Source: a virus
Virus record (IMG/VR): IMGVR_UViG_3300032053_000017
Location: 32,001-96,000 of that record
Strand: one strand, 5' to 3'
Length of the DNA: 64,000 bases
Both the position numbers and the translations under genes were made by a program. Of the stretch, positions 47,701-57,100 are shown piece after piece. The notes under the pieces were generated by a model. The model searched no databases and had not been told where the DNA came from. It worked only from the letters and a program-made list of their open reading frames with translations. Numbering within the stretch: position 1 is the stretch's first letter; the number at the start of each line of letters is the position of its first letter.

Positions 47701-48065
47701 ACGAGATCATGGTCTTCCGTGGCCTCAAGGGCGCGTTCGCGCGCAAAGTCAAGGAGGCCGCTGTGAAGGTCGACGAGCCCGGTGGCGGCTACCACTACGA
47801 GGCGGAGCTGCCTGTGCGTGAGCTCTCGAGCTGGACACCAAGCGCTAGGACGGCCGGCGACTTCGCCTACGGCTACAACCGACGGGGGCAGCAGAAGCAC
47901 GGCAAGGGCTGTGTAGTCTCGATGCAGATGAAGACCGACGATGTCTTCAACTCGAACGAGGTGGGCGCGAAGAACGTCATCAGGTTTACAGATGATCACG
48001 ACGAGCTGGTCATGCTGGGCAGGGAGCCCACAGTCACAGTGAAGATGGAGCGATGGGAAAACTAA
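41778..48065 (+). CDS. 2095-aa polyvalent protein: 4 ART-like, HNH and HD domains separated by recurring tags
   Basis: YLHGT..GL (~43120), CAFCG..HADH..CRACN (~44520), YHV..GVRP (~44910), DHG..HDIG..SDN (~45670), FYHGT..GL (~46690), FRG..SSWT..DELV (~47715). Confidence 0.85.
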   Translation: MSRSFYRIATVDGEGSVSLFKDRSGNLQIHTRGAVYDLKDVLRGSVSINMLGALNTLARAGLLPRLATETVGKAVAHILQGSKLTKAARHFLVTPDTVPHYEPNAGPPANRLPMHYAENSDGRLAYLVERPDGTFDVETRDERKPLRDIVGLPEIHVHIDLGAVVDDMVKIREQAREQARRLRKEQNYSSLATAPVPAADQGRKVLQEPGQPLVRRQRRPPGVPLGGDAQAEQPLYILRTGNNPLGKADEEHIYLKPGEEPPDNEWVHEGERGGHYYIPGQRDPSDKPSTPSKPSPFKRPEDAQNREFLALINRIVEGDISTGQLRYATQNMSEGALEDAIYTLGEYQEQLTATGSAGRYSAARDILGQELSERRRHKHEQLVLSVGLGDMPLGKFADIISSFTDLELDSLKGYVLPMQLQIMETRKAKKLLKDALRSVNWTIGSRERTYLHGTTEANLKAILKVGLLTNKTASNFGISKKGVVYLSPSTPVGRELSLTVGAAAAIMHNQRRFALLNVKTAASDIQTDPDAGFAGAVLTRKNVPAQAVTSYEIYDVKDFGELYTDAMAQRDKALAEGKKVGGLDWVRNFVDSFEGYVLDHGMPNPVREVDLSRRHKAAAGGMFVAPATVDTIRSLHQALDNIEKQGFTHEHDGYPRHPIGVKHHDEYFRDRGETADTAKPYAQPEGPSTGVAEPQQVSEHAEVELTRWWEDLNRKRHQHGAEPTDNMVISANDKGEAGELARLLWDEVHPLPATEEFAPGEGRVGHFKVRTRQVDTLRNVTIFEEVKDPGKGLTPKLRARLDERERRRRVEQDKVAQTHGLQPMFTPDGRHRLTDGRSIPPEDSRAPEGIGGTSGVSEKSTQKRDITGASPEVLKHPGHDDQSVHDPRSKASEAGKRVAIPKALRDAVLGDAPICAFCGTSKGPFHADHIVPVKVGGKNLKINLQPACRACNLARRAKDPSQKLDWIKYSQRQMREIMQQVLARPRVNHMLKMWGDTLYLSVPSPELEAMLRKHPGHDDQSVHGKKGSGTPKMPGPEWSPGRGMAYHVLPTHELASIRQRGVRPGSHSEGYKLPRVFVFTNPDEAEWYADMQADDAESEGITAPNGERIRMQVLPVDITGLPTMHDDTLRPNDEEETTALQVAYGIPSSRIRKHNTPRSPHRLHDPRVRAKEETRFKEQARREQEAAGQVERVDDEMHASFRALGLKRTTRVPVERGPLDRKAWRAIRHNIDAHISEHAAYMTQDTQKMTRRELSRQLGLFIRTGMAKDARLLDAYMDHATDALAYQELHAWRRQLGDHGIRHITEDQRLTDEMLRELGGTVGHVSSRERLLAAIALTYHDIGYTAKPARETFAGTKLHQVYSAQFVRQQPILQKLLGDDMNRVCDWIETHQDSDIDWAEDPVGSSIRLSDNLALFAREKLPALFRYVPGAVEELKAMAIDLQSGKADHVKRRKAKLRSMVEGARLAPGMKRNLMNAVDDIFQLTPKFTLGMLAGHTLQPKFDGQTMHIPIQYSAFAKTLQDLFQMGQEQFIKLGDSYGLKPADVDKGEFTFTNKHGIPVLHCKVVGAPSGVFKHLPDQHDQADHGSDGEGEKPKTPYHRWLHRDELDQATFEKPGFPDIRRGYKCDSDGRVQGAHTFYHGTSAESAAKILHEGLRDESWLAEEPSVSTHFARVQAKHHGGKRDRGVLFAVHVSSGAALDMDAANEAGIGFKTLGNISPDNIEVLGAVISVEGGRVYVELNEELNNQLSKHLPGEHRQEDHGTPAPPDPPKPLELLTNDEYHRWIRPWLQQAEDDAMKAAGATQEGSDKWYEIRDKFRPLERENYEKWRKAVEGRKLTPTPGVPLKPTPKYREAIRAWATAEEKKHGGVIGSPDGVVILSSPYRATDETDAMAEYMEKRSSRESMVRALSSQTSWNMGGGWAEWAAAAKIVGRELPKQSGGFYHRDEPELSDDDLKAYEARAEFIQARIRERYGDEIMVFRGLKGAFARKVKEAAVKVDEPGGGYHYEAELPVRELSSWTPSARTAGDFAYGYNRRGQQKHGKGCVVSMQMKTDDVFNSNEVGAKNVIRFTDDHDELVMLGREPTVTVKMERWEN

Positions 48066-50395
48066 GGGTCGAGGACGACGAGGGTCTGCAGGAGTGGGGG
48101 CGCTACCTCACCGGGCAGCGCGTCGAGAAACACCTCCCGGGTGAACACGACCAGGACACCCACGGCACCCGGCACGAGCGCAGCGCTGACCAGCAGAAGA
48201 CGCTCAAGATGTTGCAGAGCTACATGAGCGCCATGGTGGAGATGCGCGGGGCGAAGAAGCCCAAGGGCTGGCGCTTCAACTCTGTTGAGGAGCTGCTGCT
48301 CAAGCACGGTCAGACGTTCTCCAACGACCCCTACACATCAGATGAGGAGGAGGTGATCCTCAGGTTGGCGGCCACACTTGGCCCATGCCACGAGAAGGAG
48401 TGCTACCTCACGGCCCTGCGCGGCGCGCTGGAAGCCGATATGACAAGCATGGAGATCCACTACGCCGAGGGTCTTGCTATGGCCAAGGGTCTGCCGCTCC
48501 CTATCAACCACGCGTTCTTGGTCCTCAACAACAAGCCAGTCGACCTAACGTGGCGACGCGACTACAGTGTTGGGCACGGTTACAGGTCAGCCAAGCGGCT
48601 GCTCGAGCGAGCGAAGGAGAACCTCGAGGACGACGTCTACATCGGCATCAAGATCCCGACTGACCATATCAGACGGCAGGCGTTCGATACGGGCCAGGCC
48701 GCGCCGATCCTCGACGATTGGGAGCGTGGCTACCCGCTGCTGCAGCGCGGGATCCCCAAGAGCTGGGAGAAACTGCAGAAGGCTCTGTCGCCGTTTACGC
48801 ATGAGCACGACGAATACCCGCGGCACTCGATCAACAAGACTCATTATGACACCAATGATAATATCACCGACGTTGATAAGCACCTACCGGGCAAACATGA
48901 CCAGGCCACCCACGCTGGCGTCGAGAGCGTCAAGCATGATCTAGACGAAGCCACGGACAAGGACCTCGAGGGGTGGCTCAAGTTTATTGGGCGCAGGGGA
49001 AGACAGAACGATAAGGACGCCAGCATCGACGAGGCGGTCTCGATAAGTCTGATGCAGAGCGCGCTCCGCGAGCACCCCGACAGGACCTGGGTACTGCGCG
49101 ACCCAAGCGGTAAGGCTCAGGCATTCGCGGCGCTGTCGAAGCCTGATCCTAAGGGCTGGAGTGAGCTACAGTACGGAGCAGCGCCCTGGCACACCGTAGC
49201 TGAGGGTGTACACGGCTACGGCCTGCAGGTGGTGCGAGAGGCAGTTCAGGCCGCCATAGACGGCAAGCGCTGCAAGGCTATCTGGGCTGAGCCTGTGAAC
49301 GACCGCTCGTGGCATATCCTCGAGCAGGCGGGGTTCGAGGGTGGGCGTGAGGGGGAGCCGCCTGGTGGCTACATGGTGAGCATGAACCTGCGGCCGTTCC
49401 TGAGCAAGGCTGAGCCGATCAAGCACTTCACCCACGAGCACGAGGGCTGGCCGCGCCACCCTATCAATGTGAAGAACCATGCCAAGTACTTCACAAAGCA
49501 TCCTGAGCTGCACGGGCCCTTCCCAAAGGTGCCCAAGCCGTCTCCGCCACGCGCGTCGTCGCCGTCGCTGTACGCGCTCGCGGGCAAGACCCCACCAAGG
49601 GAGGAGATCGACGCCGAGCAGAGTTTTTCTGAGGCTGGCCTGCGCGGTGGCATCTGGCTGGAGCGCACGACCGTCGTCGAGTGCAAGCCTGGGATGCTTC
49701 CCGAGGTTGAGGGTCTGTCGGATGTACGGCTCATCCACAAGACCTTCACGGGGGAGTCTGTGACCGAGTACACGGTGTACAAGTTGTTCGAGCTGCTCAG
49801 ACCTGGCTTCTGTCCGACGGTCATGATAGACGAGAAGGGCGAGGGCCACACGATGCGGTGGGTGGACGACGCTGGCTTTGGCGGGAATGCTATAGTCCTG
49901 GAAAAGGATACCACGACCCGAAGCCACGGCTTTAGCATAGAACAGGCGGAGGACGCGGGCTTTATGCAGGTGGTCGACTGGCTGGCCGGAAACCCGGACA
50001 GACACACTGGCAATGTCGTCCTCGACGGCGACCGTCTCTGGCCGATCGACAATGGGCTCTGTAACCTCAGCTACGGCCAATATCGTTTTAGTGTAAACTG
50101 GACCTGGACGTCGCGGCTGGAGCCTGGTGACGCGAAGTCGCGGCGGGCATTCAGAGACTCAGCTCTGCGTACACTCAACCAGGTAGCGGAGAACGCGGAC
50201 AAGATCATTGAAGTTATAGCGACCAAGGGTGGGCTGCCGCAGCGTCAGGAGCCTGGTGCCTTTGCGCATGGGCCGGCCGTCAGGCCTAAGCCTAAGTTTG
50301 TTGTCTCCGCGGTCAAGGCTGCACGCAAGGAGCTGAGGGCGTGGTACAAGCAGGCGGAGGACAACGCTAACGAGAGGCGCAGGAGGATGGCATAA
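48053..50395 (+). CDS. 780-aa polyvalent protein: Cys-His-Asp hydrolase-like, GNAT, HipA/PI3K-like kinase
   Basis: ECY..YAEG..INHAF..VDLTW; GVHGYG..ILEQAGF; DWLAGNPDRHTGN..IDNG. Confidence 0.75.
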   Translation: MGKLRVEDDEGLQEWGRYLTGQRVEKHLPGEHDQDTHGTRHERSADQQKTLKMLQSYMSAMVEMRGAKKPKGWRFNSVEELLLKHGQTFSNDPYTSDEEEVILRLAATLGPCHEKECYLTALRGALEADMTSMEIHYAEGLAMAKGLPLPINHAFLVLNNKPVDLTWRRDYSVGHGYRSAKRLLERAKENLEDDVYIGIKIPTDHIRRQAFDTGQAAPILDDWERGYPLLQRGIPKSWEKLQKALSPFTHEHDEYPRHSINKTHYDTNDNITDVDKHLPGKHDQATHAGVESVKHDLDEATDKDLEGWLKFIGRRGRQNDKDASIDEAVSISLMQSALREHPDRTWVLRDPSGKAQAFAALSKPDPKGWSELQYGAAPWHTVAEGVHGYGLQVVREAVQAAIDGKRCKAIWAEPVNDRSWHILEQAGFEGGREGEPPGGYMVSMNLRPFLSKAEPIKHFTHEHEGWPRHPINVKNHAKYFTKHPELHGPFPKVPKPSPPRASSPSLYALAGKTPPREEIDAEQSFSEAGLRGGIWLERTTVVECKPGMLPEVEGLSDVRLIHKTFTGESVTEYTVYKLFELLRPGFCPTVMIDEKGEGHTMRWVDDAGFGGNAIVLEKDTTTRSHGFSIEQAEDAGFMQVVDWLAGNPDRHTGNVVLDGDRLWPIDNGLCNLSYGQYRFSVNWTWTSRLEPGDAKSRRAFRDSALRTLNQVAENADKIIEVIATKGGLPQRQEPGAFAHGPAVRPKPKFVVSAVKAARKELRAWYKQAEDNANERRRRMA

Positions 50396-50396
50396 G

Positions 50397-51467
50397 ATGA
50401 GGGCAGTAGTCTGGGTCATGAGCGATGGTAAGCTGGAGCTGGCCGCGGAGGTGCTCGAGGACGGACAGGTGAACGGCCCGTTCGCCGAGTCGCTCAGCCG
50501 CTGGATCCAGAGCAGCGGACTCGAGGGCGAGAAGATGCTGCGCGTCCTGGCCAAGCGGTGGACCAACGGTTATATGGCCGTCGAGCTCCGCGGCGGCAAG
50601 GTCGAGAAGACCAGCACAGCCACAGCGATCAGGACGTACATCACGTCGGGCGAGGACGCGCCCGAGGGCGTGAGCGTCAAGCGCGGACCCCGCGGCGGCC
50701 GGTACTACGAAGGCAAGGCGCCTGAACCGAAGGAGCGGTTCGAGTTCAGTCCGAACGAACCACCAGATACCAAGGCGAAGCCGTACTCGCCGACCTTGGG
50801 CGAGTTAATCAACAACCCCTCGTGGGACGACCTGCCATGGAGAAAAGTCTCGTCGTACAAGGAGCTCTTCGACCAGTACCATCTGAACATGCGCGCGAAG
50901 GCCGGCACAGCTGCAGCGATCGCGATGGATATCTGGAAGGATATACCTCTTGAGCACTTTATAGGCGTGCATGAGGTTCACAATGAGCGCGCAACGCCAG
51001 AGAGGCTGGCCTCTTACGATCGGAACAAGATGAGTATAGCCCTCGCGTTCGACGGTTCACCGTGCGCGAAGAACGTCAAACGACAGGGTGCCGTACACGA
51101 GGTAGGCCACGCCGTGTTTGACGGACTGTGGCGTCCACCAGGCCTCGACAAGAAGTCCGTTGATGCCGCAGCGACAGAACTGCGCAAACGGGTGCTGGCG
51201 TCCTACGCTGGGGCAATCAGGGAGGCCGGCGCTGATGTCATGCTGACTGTACTTACGGGCATCATGTTGGTGGGGACTCCTGAAGAATTCTTCAAACGCG
51301 TTCAAAAGGCGCGCGCGGTTACACCATACGCCCTGTCAGACGTCAACGAATGGTTCGCTGAGAACTACTCATGGTATGTGCTGCACTCGAAGGGCTTGAA
51401 GAAAACGAACCCCGAGATGTATGATATAATGGTTACAGTATTTGGGGGAAAGGAATACAAGCGATGA
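50397..51467 (+). CDS. Zincin metallopeptidase (lethal-factor/MPTase-like) with N-terminal modules
   Basis: HEVGH, TPYA..EWFAE..LKKTNPEMY. Confidence 0.8.
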   Translation: MRAVVWVMSDGKLELAAEVLEDGQVNGPFAESLSRWIQSSGLEGEKMLRVLAKRWTNGYMAVELRGGKVEKTSTATAIRTYITSGEDAPEGVSVKRGPRGGRYYEGKAPEPKERFEFSPNEPPDTKAKPYSPTLGELINNPSWDDLPWRKVSSYKELFDQYHLNMRAKAGTAAAIAMDIWKDIPLEHFIGVHEVHNERATPERLASYDRNKMSIALAFDGSPCAKNVKRQGAVHEVGHAVFDGLWRPPGLDKKSVDAAATELRKRVLASYAGAIREAGADVMLTVLTGIMLVGTPEEFFKRVQKARAVTPYALSDVNEWFAENYSWYVLHSKGLKKTNPEMYDIMVTVFGGKEYKR

Positions 51468-51898
51468 TCACCATCAAGGACCCCCGTGGCAGAGTGGTGG
51501 GCAGCGCCGACGATAAGCGACTGACGGTCACCGACCCGCGCCTACGGCGCCACCTCGAGGCTGTGCTGCGTCATGGCATCCCTATGGGGCCCGACGCGGG
51601 CGTCAAGGGCCGGCCAGGTGTCGTGCTGCTGTTGGACTACCTCAGCCGGGCAGGCTACACCATAGAGGTCAGCGGGGGACTTAAGAAGGCGCCTGGTATC
51701 TCAGCGAGCGGCAGCGAGAGCCCCGACCCAGGACATGTTATCAGCGGCGACAGCCCAGGACACCTCATCGGACCGGTCCGCAGGGTACGGCGTATAAACA
51801 AGGACATCGGCGGGGTGGGAGCACCAACGACAGGCGCGATGGTGAGCACGCCGACAGCAGGCGGTGGTAGACGCAGGAGAAGACCCCCAGCTGTGTAA
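51464..51898 (+). CDS. Hypothetical, probable head-associated protein
   Basis: Coupled ORF; LKKA and INKD sites followed by low-complexity peptides. Confidence 0.5.
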   Translation: MITIKDPRGRVVGSADDKRLTVTDPRLRRHLEAVLRHGIPMGPDAGVKGRPGVVLLLDYLSRAGYTIEVSGGLKKAPGISASGSESPDPGHVISGDSPGHLIGPVRRVRRINKDIGGVGAPTTGAMVSTPTAGGGRRRRRPPAV

Positions 51899-51917
51899 GT
51901 GATAGATACACGGAGGA

Positions 51918-51948
51918 GGTTTCCGCCGCGCCCACAAGAGGATATGAT
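51918..51948 (+). promoter_or_regulatory. Promoter GGTTTC-N19-TATGAT, leaderless start at 51955
   Basis: Recurrent motif. Confidence 0.6.
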
Positions 51949-51954
51949 AGCGCT

Positions 51955-52137
51955 ATGAAGAGATGCTACAGGTGTGGGGAGTGGGTGGACCCAGAGAGCG
52001 ACGGCCCCTGTCATGACGGCAAGTACTACTGCTTCGAGTGTATACTCGGCAACAAGTGCGGCTGCAGCATAGACATCAAGAGACTACGCGGGCTCCTGGG
52101 CAGGATCTGGAACGCCGTCCGCGGTTTGCGCGTTTAG
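51955..52137 (+). CDS. Small zinc-finger protein
   Basis: CYRCG..YCFEC. Confidence 0.55.
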   Translation: MKRCYRCGEWVDPESDGPCHDGKYYCFECILGNKCGCSIDIKRLRGLLGRIWNAVRGLRV

Positions 52138-52351
52138 GGGGTTAAGCTCTTGAATGACACGGACGATCACATCGACACAGACCGCGTGGACATCGATGCC
52201 CGCCGCGTCATCGTTAATACGGGCTGGACCATCGAGATGGCCAAGTGGAATACGATAGGCACGCTGGGCGGCTTCTTCGTTGGCGTGGCGTCGCTAGTGC
52301 TGTCCGCTATCGCGATCGTGATAGTGCTGACGCAGCGCTGAGGAGATAGAT

Positions 52352-54142
52352 ATGCCCTTCGCAGGATATGATAATTTCGCTGACTGTGTGTCCCGCAACA
52401 GGGACAAGAACAACCCCGACGCGTACTGCGGTTCGATCAAGCACAAGGTGGAGGACAAGTCCATGAATGAGGTACTTGACCAGGGTGGGATGGCATCGAC
52501 CCTCCGTCGGAAGCTCGCAAAGGCTGCGACATTCGCATTTGACCTGGCGACTGCTATCTTCAATGCGGGTCCACCGCCGAGGGGCAAACGCAAGCCGGGC
52601 GACAGCGAGTACGAGAGGCCGTACGGGCCGGGTGTTGGCAGGCGTGGCAAGGAGCCAAGCACGCCAGCGGACGAGGGCAACCTCGCCGGCAAACGTGAGG
52701 CCGCGGGACGCCTGACAGGCGACGAGGGTAAGGGTCGAGCGGGCCAGAACCAGAGCCGTGCTCGCACCTATCTGAAGCCAGGCGAGAGTCCGCCCCACGG
52801 CGTCGCAATCCGGCAGGGGGAGCGGGGTGGCCGCTACTACGAGGGCGGGCCGGCGGGTAAGCCTGGACCAGCATACCAGCCTCGGGGTGCGAAGCCACAG
52901 CGGTCCGAGCGCGAGCCGTATGAGATGCCTGCTGGACAAGGTGTCCCAGACTTTGAGGGCACAGAGGCAGATGAGCCGCCGAGGGGGGTCCCGGACTATG
53001 ATCCTGACCGTGGACCGAGCTACAACGTACCAGGTAAGGGCGCGGCCGAGCGGACTCCCTACTGGGGACCAGACGATGAGGGCAGTGAGGCTGACGAGCC
53101 GTCGCGACAGGAGACCTGGCCGTTCGAGGAGGACCAGGAAGGTAGCGAGGCCGATGAGCCCCCGCGGTCCGAACAGGGCGGTAGCAACCTCCAGCACGTA
53201 GTTGACCAAGTAACAGATCACTTTGGCCCCGAAGGTCTCTATCGGATGCGCGTGAGAGATATAGCCACTGAGATCCAGCGTCGTGATCCTGGTATCCCCA
53301 ACGAGCGCGCCGCAATGGCCGCAAAGAAGATACACCGAAGCGCTCTGGAGGAACTGCGCTATGCTGGGATGCGGGGCATGGGTCAACCGTCTGGGAGTCC
53401 AGAACAGCACAAGATGCGCAAGGCTATCAGCACGGGAAGCGTCGCCGCGCTTTCACTTGAGGCTGACATCGTGCTTAAGGGTGGTGGCCGCACCTATCTG
53501 AAGCCAGGCGAGAAGGCTCCGGCAGGTCAGCACGAGCAACAGGGCGCGCGTGGTGGCCGGTATTACGAGGGCCCGCGCGGCACAAGTCCTGAGACCCAAG
53601 CCGATGAGAACTGGGCACGGGGTAAGAGACCTGGCGCAGGTTCCGCTGGATTTGGCCGGCCAATGGACGGGGGCGAGGAGCCGACAAAGCCGCCTACTCG
53701 TGCAGGAAGTCCCGAGACCCAAGCGGACGAGGACTGGGCACGGGGTAAGCGACCCGAGGGCTTTGGTAAGCCAAAGGGAGATGTGAAGCCTAAGCCGCAG
53801 CAGAGTTTCTCAGCGCGTCTGAAGGACCAGGCAAAGGCTGTCTATGCACAGTTGAAGGGCGGTGACTATCATCACTGGCGCGGGCAGGAGGATGAGCTGG
53901 CGCAGGACATAGTTGACGGGATGTTTCCAGATGAGGAGCCCGGTGATACTCTTGACGATCAGCAGTGGGACGCAGCAGCCCATATAGCATACCGTATGGC
54001 TCAAAAGCTTATCAGGGGCGACACGCCAAAACGACAACCTCGCAAGCCCAAGTCGCACGCAGCCCGTAGAGGTGACGCGCTACCCCCGTCTAGCGGGCCG
54101 CTTCGACCGGGCGATAGAATCTACCCGCGAGACTACCCTTAG
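52352..54142 (+). CDS. Low-complexity modular head-associated protein
   Basis: MPFAGY..DCV..PDAYC; two RTYLKPGE..G.RGGRYYEG tags; internal repeats. Confidence 0.65.
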   Translation: MPFAGYDNFADCVSRNRDKNNPDAYCGSIKHKVEDKSMNEVLDQGGMASTLRRKLAKAATFAFDLATAIFNAGPPPRGKRKPGDSEYERPYGPGVGRRGKEPSTPADEGNLAGKREAAGRLTGDEGKGRAGQNQSRARTYLKPGESPPHGVAIRQGERGGRYYEGGPAGKPGPAYQPRGAKPQRSEREPYEMPAGQGVPDFEGTEADEPPRGVPDYDPDRGPSYNVPGKGAAERTPYWGPDDEGSEADEPSRQETWPFEEDQEGSEADEPPRSEQGGSNLQHVVDQVTDHFGPEGLYRMRVRDIATEIQRRDPGIPNERAAMAAKKIHRSALEELRYAGMRGMGQPSGSPEQHKMRKAISTGSVAALSLEADIVLKGGGRTYLKPGEKAPAGQHEQQGARGGRYYEGPRGTSPETQADENWARGKRPGAGSAGFGRPMDGGEEPTKPPTRAGSPETQADEDWARGKRPEGFGKPKGDVKPKPQQSFSARLKDQAKAVYAQLKGGDYHHWRGQEDELAQDIVDGMFPDEEPGDTLDDQQWDAAAHIAYRMAQKLIRGDTPKRQPRKPKSHAARRGDALPPSSGPLRPGDRIYPRDYP

Positions 54143-54150
54143 AGGATAGT

Positions 54151-57100
54151 ATGAAGATCAGCAAGTCGGTCGAGCAGGACTGGTCCAGTGTCCTCCAGGA
54201 TGCTGTCCCCCAGGGGGTGGCGGCCGAGTACGGGCGTATCCAGATCCTGTACAAGCAGGGGGGCCTGGAGGAGGACTATGAACTGGTCGTAGCCGGCTAT
54301 GCCTCCCCACAGATCATCGACCGCGAGAAACACCTGATCACCAAGGAGGCCATGCAGAACGACCTCCCGCGGTTCCTGGCGCACCCCCACTACCGGAACG
54401 CAATGATCGTGCACTCCAACATCCAGGTTGGTGAGGTACTGCCGCGCTGGACGAACCCCAAGACCAACGAGGAGTTCGAGACCAAGGTCGACGACATCGG
54501 CCTGTTCGTAGTGGTCAAGCTGCGGACCGACAAGTACCGTCCCGAGATCTGTGAGAAGGTCGAGAAGGATATCCAGGCCGGTAAGCTCTCGGCGTTCAGC
54601 ATCTCAGGCGATGCGCCGTTCGACAGCAGGCGGCACGTCTGCCACAACGGCACGTGTTTCTGGATTATCGACAAGATCATCTTCTATGAGATCACCATCT
54701 GCGAGCAGGGCGTGAACCAGGACGCCAAGTTCGCCATCCTGAGCAAGATGGCCCACTGCACCGACGGCGTCTGCGAACTGCCGCTGCCGAGCTATGTGAC
54801 CACCGGCGCTATTCAGAACGCCTTGGACAAGCACATGGAGCCGGGCATGAAGCCGCACCAACACGGGCCAGCGACCCACCAGCCGTTCAGCGAGCCGGCC
54901 GAGGGTGAAACACTGCAGCCCGAGCCAGAGCGGTGGCCCAAGCGGGGCGCCAGGCCACGTGATGTCTTTGGACTTCCCAAGCGCGGGTATGGTCGCGAGA
55001 TCGGCAAGGCCGGTGGGGGTGGCGCGATAACGCCGGAGACCCCGATGCAGGATACCGAGGCGGGCAAGGACCCGACCAAGCCTGACATCGGCGAGAAGGC
55101 GGGCGGTGCCGCGACAGGACACGGCAGTATCCCGACTGGGTCAACCGAGCAGAAGGGTGAGGTCACGGTCGCTGAAGACTTCGCGCAGCGTATGTGGCAG
55201 GGCATGGGCCGGCCGTACAGTTTCGACCAGTTCAAGGTGGGACTGGGCGTCGAGTGGGAGCATGCTGATATCCTGGGCGGCGACTGGATGAAGGTCGCAG
55301 CGGTCGTGCTGGACCACCTCAAGGAGGACGAGCAGTACTACACCAAGCTGGCGCAGGTCGAGAAGGGACACGGTGTGCTCGGCAGGGCTGTGGTCAAGAC
55401 TGTTGCGCGGAAGTCCGGATTCGCAGGCGGGGGCAATACAGCTGATGTTGGCAGCGGCTGGGCCGAGGAGGTTCACGACGTCGATACCGCGGGCAAGCCG
55501 GGCGGCATGCAGACTGACCGGACGTTCGATGAGGCCGAGGAGGAGAAGCGCGAACCATACGAGGCTCCAGGACTTGTCGGCAGTCCCACCTCTGGGCCAC
55601 TTGAGACTAAGTGCAAGCACGGTATCGTGAAGGGTGGCCAGACATGGGGGCCGCCAGACTTCGAGTGGGCCGGCCAGGAAGATGATGAGAAGGCGGAGAA
55701 GCACGCCACGAACGATACACACAAGCATGGCAGTGACGGCGTGCTTCCGACGATCCCGCAGATCAAGCGGCCAAAGCCCGTCAAGCAGGCTGGCGTAACA
55801 TACAAGGCTGCGATCGACCCGAGTAAGACTACGCAATTCAGCCCACAGTACGCGCGCGATGATGCTGCTGGTGGCGAGGAGTCTGAGGAGTATTATCTGA
55901 ACAAGGGTGAGCTATCACCAGACCTGATGACCGGCAGAGAGTCCGATAGGTTCTACCAGCGCTGTCCACTCTGTGCGACACAGAGCATCATCGAGCGGGC
56001 GCTGGATAACAGGACGCTCTACAGCCGCATGTCCGGGGAGTTCCGGGGCGTGCTGAGGCACTGCCTCATGGTGCTCCAGCAGGGCACGGGCGGGCTCGAT
56101 TATATCCCCGGCAAGGGCTGGCTCGCTCTGGCTGATGACCACGCGTACACCGGTTACATGCGCTCGGGCTACGGGGTGCCGCTGGCGCTGGCCGTAGCTA
56201 CCATCGGTGTAAGCGCGTTCGACATCGGCGACGCAGCGCTGGTTAGGGCAGCGACCGAGACGGCCAACAGACTGCTTGACCAGCACCCGCTCAGCAAGGG
56301 CGAGTATGAGCAGTTACTCGCGCGGGTGACCGGGTGGATGGGCAAGAATTTGGGCCTCGTGATCGCCAGGGCTAAGACCCTCTCGAAGGGTTACTCTGTC
56401 GGGTGGCTCGGTGACGCGCAGCGAACACTCCAGAGCGTACAGGGCTCGCTGGCGAACGTCGACCGCAAGGCACTGAGTGATGATTTGAATGTGGCGCTTG
56501 GGAGCATCAGCGATGACGTGGAGCACCTGGTGGCCGCGCTTGGCCTGACCGAGCAGATGAAGGGCCAGGTGAAGGGCGTGGAGCCGGCCGCTCTGGACGT
56601 AGTGCGTGAGGTTGCCAAGGATACCGAGCACGACGTCGATGCAGCCAACGAGGCGCTGGAGGCGATCGATCCCGAGCGGATCGAGCAGCGCGGCGATAGC
56701 GAGAAGAATGAGCTAGATAACCCCGATCAGACGATCCACCCTGACGAGGTCGCTGTCATGACAGGAGCGCCCCCGGGTGTACCGACCGGCAACGCAAATG
56801 CGAGCGTAATCCACCGTGGCATGGATACCATGGTGGAGCGCCTGCTGGGCTGGCTGCCGCCTGAGAATACGCTCCGTCAGCTTTACAGTCGTATCTTCGG
56901 ACAGGAGGAGCCCATCGAGGGTCCGGACGATATCGAGACGCTCATCATCGAGTGGGGACGGGCGAACCCGATGCCAGACGTGGGCACGGAACAGATCACT
57001 GAGGATACAGTACCGTTGGCTAAGGCTATGATGCCACCGGGGCTTGGCACAACTTCGAAGACGGATGAGAACTTTGACCTTTGGGGCGCGCCAAACCGTA

